From an uncultured Planctomycetota bacterium (lineage in GTDB: Bacteria > Planctomycetota > Planctomycetia > Isosphaerales > Isosphaeraceae): a stretch of 64,000 nucleotides of DNA. Where the stretch lies: NCBI GenBank assembly GCA_963845755.1, contig CAWJTV010000019.1, positions 160,001-224,000 of the forward strand, written 5' to 3'. Made by a program: the position numbers and the translations under genes. Positions 48,030 through 58,541 of the stretch are shown here, in pieces (position 1 is the stretch's first letter; every line of letters begins with the position of its first letter). The notes beneath the pieces are model-generated. The model saw only the letters and a program-made list of their open reading frames with translations. It made no database searches and had not been told where the DNA came from.

Positions 48030-48420
48030 AGTCTGTTCCGGAAATCCGGTCCCGGGCGAGCGGGGGGCGTCAGCCCCCTGTCTTCTCGGGTTCCGGACAG
48101 GGGGCTGACGCCCCCCGCTCGCCTTTTCGGAACAGACTCTGAGTGCCGAGACACGGAGATTGGAGACCGCCTCTTCACGCCCCGAAGGGGCCGCAACAGA
48201 CAGCACGACTCAGGGCCGATGCGAGGAACCCCCCGGAACCCCCCCTTCGTAAGGGGGGGAGAGGAAAGGAGCCAATCCGCCTCAATGGTCCCCCCCTTAC
48301 GAAGGGGGGGTTCCGGGGGGTTCCTCGCGAGAGAGCTTCGAGTGTGTGCAACCCAACTGAGAAGATCCCGTCCCGGGGCGTTGCCCCGGCTGATCGGTTC
48401 TGGCCCCTTCGGGGCAGGAA
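48030..48420. repeat. Cluster of a short MITE-like element and nested REP-like inverted repeats
   Basis: 48030-48140 has ends AGTCTGTTCC / GGAACAGACT; the outer IR GCCCCGAAGGGGCC (about 48179 / 48403) encloses the inner IR GAGGAACCCCCCGGAACCCCCCCTTCGTAAGGGGGG (about 48222-48260 / 48289-48328). Confidence 0.8.
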
Positions 48421-48528
48421 TTCGACACAACTGGCACCACATCACACGTTCGCTTTCCCTGAGACGAGGATTCATTGAACTTCCACGCGTCCCTCTTATC
48501 TCTGATCATCCGCCAGACACACAAATCC

Positions 48529-50263
48529 CTACGGAACCGTCCCGAATGGCGACTGTCCCCCGTTGCTTGACGAACGAACAAAGAACGTTTGCGGGATGAC
48601 ATTGATGACGTTGGGGGCGATCAGGGCCGCATTGAGGTAGACCGGCAGCGGGCCGTTGGTGCCCGGCATCAAGACGGTCCGCGACACCAGGGACTGATTG
48701 ACATACACGATCATGGAACGATGGCCGCTGACGGTGGCATCGGGGATCGCGCTGGTGATCTTCTGGATCTGGTACCAGTAGCAGCGCTGGGGCGGCGTGT
48801 TATCCCACTCGAAGTTGTTGGCCGGATTGGGATACCCGGCCGGGGCCCCGTTGACCGCGTTGAGGAACCGCCCTGTGCCTGCCGTCGGGTTGTAGACCAC
48901 GAGCTGCTGTCGTTCATAGGTCACGTCGGCGATCCAGTCGCCCACGCGGACGACCGGGTCGGGGATACTGTCGGGCCAGCGGAGCAGCACGGTGCGATCG
49001 GCGGCGGAGCCGTAGCCCGGCCCGCCACTGGGCACGATCGTGTTGCTGTAGCCGAAGATCGCCTCGACGACCGTCTCCCCCTCGACCTGGTAGGACTGGA
49101 ACGATCCGCCTGGCGGATACGGCACGCTGGCCGGAACCTGGATGCCGAACGGCCGGTTCTCCCAGATCACGATATTGCCGTCGTAACACGAGGCATTGCC
49201 CGCGTTGGTCAATTGCCCGGTGAACATCCAGGAGTACCGCCAGAGGAGCGAGATCGAGCCCCCGGCGTTCTGATTCACACTCCCCGCGGGGGGACTCAGG
49301 TCGGGGAGCACCGGGCTGGGGCCGGTGACGGCGACCCCATAGTTGGTGGCCCCCTGTCCGTTGAGCGTGTAGGTGTTGTTCTGCGGGTCCTGCCAGACCA
49401 TGTCCTCCTGGGAGACGAAGACGTTCGGCACGGAGGACGCCATCGGCATGACCGGGATCTGCACGCCCGAGCTCATGATATACGGGCGGTTGAAGTTGGT
49501 GATCCGCTGCAAGCCGTGGGCGCTGGGGACGCCTCGGCCATCGGGGTCGGGCCGCATGTAGCCGATCCCGGAGCCGAACCGGGCCTCGTAGGTATCGCCC
49601 ATGTAGTAGCCCGGGGTGCTGTTGACGGTGCTGATCGTCTGGTACCGCCAGAGCGGGTCGTACGCGAACGGCAGGCCGGGACCAGAGCCAGGATAGCTTG
49701 TGGTACTCAGGGGATTCGGGAGCGACCCGGACTTGTTCCAGGCACCGGGATTGTTCGCATCGAACGGATCATCGCCGTAGAAGGCGGTGTCCTGGTACAG
49801 CGGGTTGTAGCTGGGGCCGCTATTATTGCTCACCAGGTACGGCGAGGAGTACCACGGCGTCAGCGGGAAGCCCAGTGCGGCGAACCGGTAGTTGAGGTTC
49901 TCGGCGTACTGGAACGAAGGGCCGTAGAACAGGCCGCGCGAGGACATGTCCGCGGCCGCGGTCTGGAGCAAGAGCGACGAGCGCGTGTAGCGCGTCGCGT
50001 CGCGGAGCCGCAGCAACCCGATCGGGAACAAGGTCGCCAGCGAGACCAGGCCGATGCCCAGGATCATGATGGCGATCAGGATCTCGGTCAGCGTGATGCC
50101 CCGGCGATGGCACGAGCGTCGCTGTAGCGATCCGTAAGAGGGGGACAACCGAGGCGCACCCCTTCCCCCCCTTACGAAGGGGGGGCCAGGGGGAGTTCCG
50201 CAGCCCGTAAGCAACCCCGCCGCAAACCCGACTATTCATGACGTCGGTCGCCATTACGATCAT
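48529..50263 (-). CDS. PilV/GspI-like minor pilin; start uncertain (ATG 50263 with one indel, or TTG 50214)
   Basis: RRGITLTEILIAIMILGIGLVSLATLFPIGLLR; RYSWMFT. Confidence 0.85.
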
Positions 50264-51979
50264 GGGTTCCCCCCTTGTACGCCCTGTTGCGCCTGGGTAT
50301 AGGGCCAGTTGGGACTGTAGTTTGCCAGCGGGGTGGAGGACCCCTCCGGGTTATTGGTGAACCCGCCCGCGTTGAAATTGAACAGGAACGGCATGTTCGA
50401 GTGAGAGAGGATCTGTCCCGTCCGCGTGAACAGCGTAACCAGCGCGTATTCTCCCTTGAGCTCCTGACCGTCGAAACGCGCGGGCGCAGGCCCTGGGGCA
50501 CCGGCAAGTAGGGATTGGAGTTCTGAGCCTGGCTCGGCGTGGCCAGGTCGCCCCGCTCAGCCAGCCAGAGGTGTACGAACGCCGCCCCCAGATTGAACGA
50601 CGACGGGCTCGAATAGACCGTCGTCGGCAGCACGGTCCCGTCCGGGTTGAGCACGATGTCCACGTAGCCGGTATGCTTGAAGTGAAGATCGACCATCCCC
50701 GCCGCCAGGCGGGATCGTTCGTTTCGAAGGGGGCACGGTCTGGTTGTTCGCGTTCAGGAACGACCCCCAGCCGGTCAGGTCGACCACGACCCCCGTCGGC
50801 AGGGCGATCTCTCGGGAGTTGGGCGACGGTGCCGGCCGACGCTTGATGGTATAAACCTGGTTCGTAAGCGGAGTCGTGAACAGGCTGTTCTGGCCGCGCC
50901 CAGCAATTGCTCGGGCTCCCACTCTGTGACGAACTGGCCGTTAATGACCGCGTTCTCGTCGACGAAGCCATTGCCGTTGTTGTCCACGCCATCCCAGCCC
51001 TCGTCGATCCAGCCGTTGTCGTTGTCATCCTGGCTGTTGACGAGGAAGAGGAAATCGGGCTGATAGCGCGTCTGGCAAGCGCCGGCGGGGCCGTTGTACT
51101 GCGCGATCAGCGGAGAGAGGATCCCGGGCGGCCCGACATTCACGAACATCTCGGGGTTGCTGTAGAACGTCCCGTTGATGGTCGTCCCGGCCGGCGATAT
51201 GGCCATGGGACCCACGACGGTATACCACGGACCGGAGTTGTTGATCTGGATCTTGTCGCCCACCCGGATGTTCCAGAACCAGTTCGTTGGTGGGTTAGGC
51301 ATCGGTGGGCAGGTCCCCGGCGCGAAGGTGGTCTCCTGGACCATGAGGACGTTGGCGAGCGGATAGGTTCCTCCTCCATCGCCGGGATAGGCCAGCGGGG
51401 TCGGCGAACCGGCCTGCGCCTGGAAAATGGCCCCGGTGAGCAGCCCTTCACGTCCAGGAATCCCTCCGTATACTCGGGCGCCGGGTCGATGGGGATGATC
51501 CGGTTGGCGGCGAGGATCTGCGAGGCGTCCACCTGGCCGTAGTACGGGCTCGTGTTGTTGGTGACATACGTCAAATAGGTCGGGTCGGGCAGCAAGCGGA
51601 TCCCGCTGGGCAAGTTGGTACTGATGGCCTTGTCGTGCGCACCGACCAGCATACCCTGAACGAGCCGCTCGGCCTCCGAGACCTCGCGATGGGCCAGCGC
51701 CGGCAGGACCGTCGGCAGCGCCACGGCGCTGACGATCAGGATGATCAGGATCACGACCAGGAGCTCGATGAGGGTGAAACCCCTTCTTGGATCGCTTATC
51801 GATCGAGTCGAGCACGCCTCGGGGCCGATGCGAACATACCCCCCCTGGCCCCCGCTTCGTAAGGGGGGGAAACTGAGGAGGACTGGCCCATATTCCTTTC
51901 CCCCCCTTACGAAGCGGGGGCCAGGGGGGGTTCCCCACGCGTGCCAAAGCCAACTGTGAACCGCCCTGGCGAGAATCAT
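50260..51979 (-). CDS. FimT/GspH-like minor pilin (several frameshifts)
   Basis: [25 protein letters not shown]...EAERLVQGMLVGAHDKAI; DDNDNGWIDEGWDGVDNNGNGFVDE; ATG overlaps the upstream TGA. Confidence 0.8.
51838..51931. repeat. ~35-bp perfect inverted repeat (REP-like doublet) inside the predicted prepilin leader
   Basis: ACCCCCCCTGGCCCCCGCTTCGTAAGGGGGGGAAA and its reverse complement at about 51897-51931. Confidence 0.9.
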
Positions 51980-53547
51980 CCCGAACCTCCGATCGCGACG
52001 GTCGTCTGCAAGTTCTGGTTGCTGATATCGTCCTGGGCCGCCTGGAGCAGGTCGTAGCTGGTCGGATTGGTCGGGTCGGTCCCCGGGTTGTAGCCGACCG
52101 TCGTGCTCTGGATCGAGGCGTGCTGGGTGAAATCGGCCACGTCGTTGATGGAAAAGGGCATGGCGTTGTTCTCGTTGGCGATCAGCGCGAAGGCGGCACT
52201 CGACCCGAAAGCCTTCATCGCGGCGTCGGAGTAGAGGAAGACCCCGAACTGTTGATTCAGCCCCGAGGAGACGATCAGGAATTTGGAGTAGTACGCCCGG
52301 CGCCCGCCATAGGCCGTCCCGCGGTCCCAGAACGTGGTCCCACCCGGGGTCGGGTAAGGCTCGGTCAGGCGGTGGAAGAAATACTCGAAGGCCTGGACGC
52401 CGCCGCTGCCACCGGCCTGGCTCGCCGTCCCGGGGAATGCGAAGACGGCCGTGTTGAAGGCGTTGTTGTAGGAGCTCGACCACCAGGCCGGCAGCATCAG
52501 TTGCTGGTTCTGATCGAGCGGGTTTTGCTCGCGCTCCTGGAACGCGGTCAGATAAGGGGGGGCCATGGTCCAGGCGTTCTCGCTGTTGGCGATGATCGTC
52601 TGCCCGCGCTGGATGTCGGAGTGATACAGGAGCGGCCACCGGAAGAACTGGAGCGGCTGGCCCCAGGCGTCGACGAACTCGGGCAGGCCGTCGTCGTCGG
52701 TATCCTGGACCTCCCGGTCGGTGAAGTCGTCGGGATTGTAGATCGCACCCAGCGGGCCCCGGCCTTCGACCAGGATGGCGTAGAGCATCTCCGAACGCGC
52801 CGTGTTGTGCGTGTGGTTCGTCAGGTTCGCCACGACCTGGGCCTGATTCGTGGTGGTGACGCCCTCGGCCCACTCGTCGATCAGGCCGTTGCCATTGTTG
52901 TCGATCATGTCGTAGCCCTGGGGCAGGTAGCCCAGGTTCTTGTAAAGCCCCGCCGCCGCCGGATAAGAGGCACCGAAGATACCGGTCCCCTGGGGAATGT
53001 AGGGATTGCCCGACTGGGGCCCGAGGATCGCGTTCCCCGTCGGGAGGACGTAGCCGGCGACAGCGTCAAGCTGGCTGTATCCCGTGGAGCCGCCCAGCGG
53101 CTGGCCCGGGAACGGGTTGGCCGCGAAGTTGATCGGGTAGGGGCCCGTCGCGTTCTGCACGAAGAAGACGTCGGGCAACTCACTCTTGATATAGTCATAC
53201 CAGGCGATGACTTCAGCACGCGTGGGGCCCAGGATCGCCCCATTATTCGGGAGGGTGGACTGCCCGTAGACGCTGCTGTTATAGATATTCGACATCGCGA
53301 GATGTGCCAGGTCGTAATCGGGCCGGGTCAGGAGCAGGGCCTCGATCCGGTCGTTGAGCCCGGTCTCCAGCTTGGTGATGAGACTCTGGGTCGCCCGCTC
53401 CTCCGCCCGGCGGCGGGCCTCCATCGACGCGTTGATGATGAAGCCGACGATGATCGAAATGATCACCATCACGACCATCAATTCGACCAGGGTGAACCCA
53501 TCGGGGATCCGGGATTTGGGATTTCGGATTCGGGCTTGGTTTCGCAT
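51976..53547 (-). CDS. Prepilin-type N-methylation domain protein (523 aa)
   Basis: DGFTLVELMVVMVIISIIVGFII; DTDDDGLPEFVDAWGQPLQFFRWP; LIVSSG. Confidence 0.9.
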   Translation of the reverse strand: MRNQARIRNPKSRIPDGFTLVELMVVMVIISIIVGFIINASMEARRRAEERATQSLITKLETGLNDRIEALLLTRPDYDLAHLAMSNIYNSSVYGQSTLPNNGAILGPTRAEVIAWYDYIKSELPDVFFVQNATGPYPINFAANPFPGQPLGGSTGYSQLDAVAGYVLPTGNAILGPQSGNPYIPQGTGIFGASYPAAAGLYKNLGYLPQGYDMIDNNGNGLIDEWAEGVTTTNQAQVVANLTNHTHNTARSEMLYAILVEGRGPLGAIYNPDDFTDREVQDTDDDGLPEFVDAWGQPLQFFRWPLLYHSDIQRGQTIIANSENAWTMAPPYLTAFQEREQNPLDQNQQLMLPAWWSSSYNNAFNTAVFAFPGTASQAGGSGGVQAFEYFFHRLTEPYPTPGGTTFWDRGTAYGGRRAYYSKFLIVSSGLNQQFGVFLYSDAAMKAFGSSAAFALIANENNAMPFSINDVADFTQHASIQSTTVGYNPGTDPTNPTSYDLLQAAQDDISNQNLQTTVAIGGSG

Positions 53548-53807
53548 GGCGGCCTACCGTCGAGAGTGGTGATCAGTCGGGTCTCGATCGTGGGATTTCC
53601 GGTTGTTCGATCGACCTCACGGACAATCCCAAATCGAAAACCCAAAATCCCAAATAATTAAGTGCATTCTTCGATCGGGGCCGGCGCCCGCCGCCCTCAC
53701 CGGGCGGCCACGGGCGGGCCTGCGTAGGTCAGGCCTTCCATCGGGCCTGACAGTTATGTCTCGCCAGGCCGGAAAGCCTGACCTGCCGACTTGCCGGAGT
53801 CTTACGA

Positions 53808-55049
53808 CTACCGGAGTGCCGATGCCTTGAAATTGCTCAGATTATCGTACTCCCGCTGCCGGATGCTGGCGTCGCCCAGCGGGTTTCCGGTCGAGGCGTT
53901 GATCGTATTATTAGGGTCCACCGGCAGCGGGACGGTGGTCGACTGCGTCGATTGCTGATACTGGCCGCCGACCCCGTACAGACCGTCGATCCCCGCGGAG
54001 ATAATCTGGAAGGTCTGCGGCTTCTGATAGGTGACCGTCCCGGTGGTAGCCGGGGCCGTCAGCGTGCTCGTGTACGGATTGGGCGACGGCGAGATGGAGA
54101 CATACGGGGTCGTGGCGCTGCCGTACGTCAAGAAACCCACGTAGTACTGGAGCGCGGTGATTCCCGTGCCGGTCACCGCATCGGTCTCGACGAAGTTCAC
54201 GTCGTTGGGGTCGTAGTTCCCCCTGCCGTAGGCGCTGAAGTAGGCGTAGAAGTTGACGGGACCCGAGCCGGTACCGGCCCCGGTCGGCGGACCGTTGTTG
54301 AGCGTGTCGTAATAGGCCGGGATGCCGGGGTTGATCCCGGCGGGGCCATTCAGGGTCGTGTTCGTGGGATCCAGGAACAGCCGGCCGGCATTGAACTCGA
54401 AGGTCGATTGCTGACGGTTGGCGTTGTACATCGGGTTGTTGACGATGCTATTGCTGAACGGGTTGACCGGGTCCCTGCCGAAGCCCGTCATGCCGTAACC
54501 GCCGGAGCTCGAATCGAAGAGCGGGATGCCGCCCAGGAAGAAGACCAGGCACTCGTGTCCGTGGAGGATATAGGCACCATCCAGGGTGCCGTTGCCGTTG
54601 AAGTCGTACCAGTAAGTGTTACTGAGGTTCGGCGGCGAGGACCCGTTGGTGCTCAACTGGACCTTGGGCCAGAATCTCCGGAGGGCGGTCAGCGTCCGCG
54701 AGGCGAGCTGACCGACCGTGATGTCGTGTGTGCCCGGCGAGGTCGGGTCGATGGAGCTGAGCGGTAACGTATTCCCGACGTAGGGCGTGTAGTTCCCGTT
54801 CTCGACCAGCAGCACGCGGCTCGGGGGATAGTCCCCGTACGTGCTCTTGAAACTCTCCAGCGCCTGGGCGAACTGGGTGATCTCGGCCAGGACCTGGGCC
54901 TGCCTGGCGCTCTTGACAGCGCCGAAGATCGCCGGCAGCAAGAGCGCGATCAGGATCCCCAGCACGACGATGACGATCAGGAGCTCGACGAGGGTGAAGC
55001 CTCGTGGTCCTCGGTCCCGGGTCCCGGGTTGCTTGGCGTCGAACCTCAT
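53808..55049 (-). CDS. GspG/PilA-like pilin or pseudopilin (413 aa)
   Basis: RGFTLVELLIVIVVLGILIALLLPAI...ALESFKSTYGDYPP; FQIISAGIDGLYG...DNLSNF. Confidence 0.9.
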   Translation of the reverse strand: MRFDAKQPGTRDRGPRGFTLVELLIVIVVLGILIALLLPAIFGAVKSARQAQVLAEITQFAQALESFKSTYGDYPPSRVLLVENGNYTPYVGNTLPLSSIDPTSPGTHDITVGQLASRTLTALRRFWPKVQLSTNGSSPPNLSNTYWYDFNGNGTLDGAYILHGHECLVFFLGGIPLFDSSSGGYGMTGFGRDPVNPFSNSIVNNPMYNANRQQSTFEFNAGRLFLDPTNTTLNGPAGINPGIPAYYDTLNNGPPTGAGTGSGPVNFYAYFSAYGRGNYDPNDVNFVETDAVTGTGITALQYYVGFLTYGSATTPYVSISPSPNPYTSTLTAPATTGTVTYQKPQTFQIISAGIDGLYGVGGQYQQSTQSTTVPLPVDPNNTINASTGNPLGDASIRQREYDNLSNFKASALR

Positions 55050-55149
55050 TGGTCATGTCTCCACTCTTCTTCGATGCCGCGTTGTGGCGAGGTCCCGCTC
55101 CGGAAGACCAGGGCGGTTCGCGAACGGGTTGTATGCAAACCACCACAGG

Positions 55150-55200
55150 TACGAATATTGAAATATCTTATTTATATTATTAGCGCCGATGCATTTAGTG
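55150..55200 (-). promoter_or_regulatory. AT-rich island, probable promoter for the pilin genes
   Basis: GAATATTGAAATATCTTATTTATATTATTAG in a GC-rich background, about 110 nt upstream of the first pilin ATG. Confidence 0.5.
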
Positions 55201-55274
55201 TACGGATGCTTCACCTGTTATCCCACCTGTTCTCTGGCGGACAACTCCGGAGCGCGAGGCGCGCCGGAGGCGCC

Positions 55275-56520
55275 CTAGCCGGAGAGCTTCGAGATCAGCG
55301 TGATGAGCGGGAGGAACAGCGCGATGACGATGAAGCCGATGATGCCGCCGAGGATGACGATCATGATGGGCTCGAGCAGGCTGACGAGGCTCTCGACGGC
55401 CGTCTCCACCTCTTCGTCGTAATTGTCGGCGATCTTGTTGAGCATGGTGTCGAGCTCGCCGGTCTCCTCGCCGACGTCGATCATGTTGACGACGATGTCG
55501 TCGAACGATCCGGGCTTCCTTGAGCGGCTGTGCGATCGTCTCGCCCTCGCGGATGCTCTCGTAGATCCGCGTGAAGGCCCGCTCGAAGACGGCGTTGCCC
55601 GCGGTGTCGCGGACGATGTTCAGCGACTCCAGGATCGGCACGCCCGACTGGACCAGCGTGCCCAGGGTCCGCATGGTCCGGGCCACCGTCAACTTCTCGA
55701 CGATCATGCCCATGACCGGGATCATCAGCTTGATCCGGTCGCAGATGTAGGCCCCCGTCTTGTTGCGGTAGAGCAGCTTGAGGAAGATCCAGACGAACAA
55801 GGGCGCCAGGAAGATGATGTAGAAATACTTGATGAGGAAGTGGCTGGCCTTGATCAGGAAGATGGTCATGCCGGGCAGCGGCACGCCGAAGTCGGCGAAG
55901 ATCGCCTCGAACTTGGGGATGATGAAGTAGAGGATGAAGCCCACGATCACGCAGGCGACGAAGATGACCACGACCGGGTAGACCATCGCCGCCTTGACCC
56001 GGCGCTTCAGCGACTGGGCCTTCTCCTTGAAGTCCGCCAGGCGCTGGAGGATCGCCTCGAGTGCACCACCGGCCTCGCCCGCCTTGATCATGTTGCAGTA
56101 CAGCCGGTCGAACGCCTTGGGATGCTTGGCGCAGGCCTCGGAGAGCGTCTGGCCGCTCTCGATGTCCTCGACGACGTCCTGGAGCGAGTTCTTCAGCACG
56201 CCCGGCTTGCACTGCCCCTCGAGGATCTTCAGGCTGCGCAGGATCGGCAACCCGGCGTCCTGCAAGGTCGAGAGCTGGCGCGTGAAGACGCACAACTGCT
56301 TGGTCGAGATCCGGCCGATCGTGAACGACTTCTTCTTCCGCCGGCCCCCCTTCTTGGCCTTGGCGCGGGTGCTGGTCTTCTTCGCCTTCTCGGAGATCTT
56401 CGTGACGAAGAACCCCTTCTGGCGGATCAGTTGCTGCGCCTCTTCCTGGGTCGAGGCGTCGATCGAGTCCTTGACCTCGCGCCCGGTGTGGTCCATCGCC
56501 TCGTACTGGTAGGTCGGCAT
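55275..56520 (-). CDS. pilC: PilC/GspF platform protein (frameshift near 55500)
   Basis: [56 protein letters not shown]. Confidence 0.93.
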
Positions 56521-56649
56521 GGGGGTCGCTCCTCGCTCCAGTGGTCAGGGGTCGGTGGTCGGACGAAAGACGCGTCTCTCGCACCGCCGATCACGACTGG
56601 CTGACCTTCTTGCTGTTTTGTGTCTCTTCTGACCACTGACCACGGCTGG

Positions 56650-58368
56650 TTACATATCGTCCAACATCGTCTCCCGCAGCACTTCCTCGATGGAGGACTT
56701 CCCGTTGTGGATGTACTCCATGCCGACTTCGCGGAGGGTCTTCATGCCGAACTTGCGGCAGGCGTTGCGGAAATCGTCGAGGGAGGCCTCGGAGATGATC
56801 ATCTCGCGCAGGGTGTCGTTCATCACGAGCAGCTCGTAGATGCCCTGCCGGCCCTTGTATCCGGTGTTATTGCACTTGTCGCAGCCCTTGCCGTAGAAGA
56901 ACTTCTTGGTGGTGGCCTGCTCGGGGGTCATGCCGAGCTCCATGCAGACCTCGGGGGTCGGCGTGAATTCGGTCTTGCAGAACTGGCAGAGGCGGCGGAC
57001 CAGCCGCTGGGCGAGCACGGCCTCGACCGTGGCGGTGATCAGGAACGTGGGCACGCCCATGTCGCGGAGCCGGGTGACCGCCGAGGGCGCGTCGTTGGTG
57101 TGCAGCGTCGTGAAGACGATGTGGCCCGTCAGCGAGGCCTGGATCGAGATCTCCGCGGTCTCCAGGTCGCGGGTCTCGCCCACCAGGATCTTGTCCGGGT
57201 CCTGCCGCAGGATCGACCGCAGGCAGCTGGCGAAGGTCACGCCGATGTCGGGGTTCACCGGGATCTGGATCAGGCCCTCGATGTCGTATTCGACCGGCTC
57301 CTCGGTCGTGATGATCTTGTCCTCGATCCGATTGAGGTGGTTCAGCGTGGCATACAGCGTGGTCGTCTTCCCCGAGGAGGTCGGGCCGGTCACCAGGATG
57401 ATGCCGTTGGGCTTCTCGATGATGTCGTGCCACGTCTTCAGCGTGTCGTCGGGCATGCCCAGCAGCTTGAGGTCGAGCTGGACGACCGTGCGGTCGAGGA
57501 TCCGCAGCACGACGCTCTCGCCAAACATCGTCGGCAGGGTCGAGACCCGGATGTCCACCTCGTTGCCGCCCAGGGCGAGCTGGATCCGGCCGTCCTGCGG
57601 CAGCCGGCGCTCGGCGATGTCGAGGTTCGACATGACCTTGATCCGGCTGGAGATCGCCGGGGCCAGGTGCCGTGGCGGCGGGACCAGCTCGTAGAGGATC
57701 CCGTCCACCCGATACCGCATCTTGTACTCTTCCTCGAACGGCTCGAAGTGGATGTCCGACGCCTTGTCCTTGATCGCCAGCAAGAGCACCATGTTGAGCA
57801 GCTTGCGGACCGGCGCGGCCTCCGCCATCTCCTCGATGGCCTCCAGGTCGATCGTGTTCTCGTTACGGCCCGCCAGCTTGGCCAGCCCCTTGTCCGACTC
57901 GATCTGCTTGACCACATCCTGGATGCTCTCGTGGTGGCCGGCATAAAGCCGCTCGATGGCCGCCATCACGTCGGACTCCGACGCGATCGCCCCCTTCACC
58001 TCCGTGCTCAGGAACATCCTCAGGCTGTCGAGCGTCGAGGGGTTCTGCGGCTCCGCCATCGCGACCGTGATGCTCTTGTCCTTCTTGTTCTGCGAGATCG
58101 GCACGATCTTGTAGGCCGTGGCCATGCTCTCGTTGACCAGGTCCGTCATCTCGGCGGGGATCGTCACGTCGGCCAGCTTCACGACCTTCATCCCGAGCTG
58201 CTCGCCCAGCGCCTTGAGCACCTGGTCTTCCTTGACCAGCCCCATCCGCACGGCCGTCTTGCCCAGCAGCTCGGTGCCGGTGCGCTTCTGCTCCTCCAGG
58301 ATCTTCCAGAGAGTCTCCTCGTCCAGATAACCCATGTCAACCATGATCGTGCCGAGTCGTCGTGCCAT
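56650..58368 (-). CDS. pilB: PilB/GspE assembly ATPase with MshEN-like N-terminus
   Basis: ASDIHFEP, RLPQDGRI, GPTSSGKTT, LRQDPD..LVGE, TGH...TLHTN, CxxC...CxxC, GYKGR. Confidence 0.93.
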   Translation of the reverse strand: MARRLGTIMVDMGYLDEETLWKILEEQKRTGTELLGKTAVRMGLVKEDQVLKALGEQLGMKVVKLADVTIPAEMTDLVNESMATAYKIVPISQNKKDKSITVAMAEPQNPSTLDSLRMFLSTEVKGAIASESDVMAAIERLYAGHHESIQDVVKQIESDKGLAKLAGRNENTIDLEAIEEMAEAAPVRKLLNMVLLLAIKDKASDIHFEPFEEEYKMRYRVDGILYELVPPPRHLAPAISSRIKVMSNLDIAERRLPQDGRIQLALGGNEVDIRVSTLPTMFGESVVLRILDRTVVQLDLKLLGMPDDTLKTWHDIIEKPNGIILVTGPTSSGKTTTLYATLNHLNRIEDKIITTEEPVEYDIEGLIQIPVNPDIGVTFASCLRSILRQDPDKILVGETRDLETAEISIQASLTGHIVFTTLHTNDAPSAVTRLRDMGVPTFLITATVEAVLAQRLVRRLCQFCKTEFTPTPEVCMELGMTPEQATTKKFFYGKGCDKCNNTGYKGRQGIYELLVMNDTLREMIISEASLDDFRNACRKFGMKTLREVGMEYIHNGKSSIEEVLRETMLDDM

Positions 58369-58541
58369 TGGTCATTGGTCCTTGGTCGTGTGATCGTGAT
58401 CGGGGTTCCTGGTCAGATCTCTGGTTTCCGGAGTTGTCGGGATCGGGCGCGATCCGCGGAGTTCCCGTCTCGATAATTGCGGCGGGCGCCGGGCGAATGC
58501 CCGCGGAGCGACCGCCAGGTTAATGACCAATGACCAATGAC

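Noticed and set aside
12458..58476. Long antisense ORFs (e.g. 12458..13774, 48589..50127, 52120..53661, 56620..58476)
   Set aside because: These are shadows of real genes caused by high-GC codon bias.
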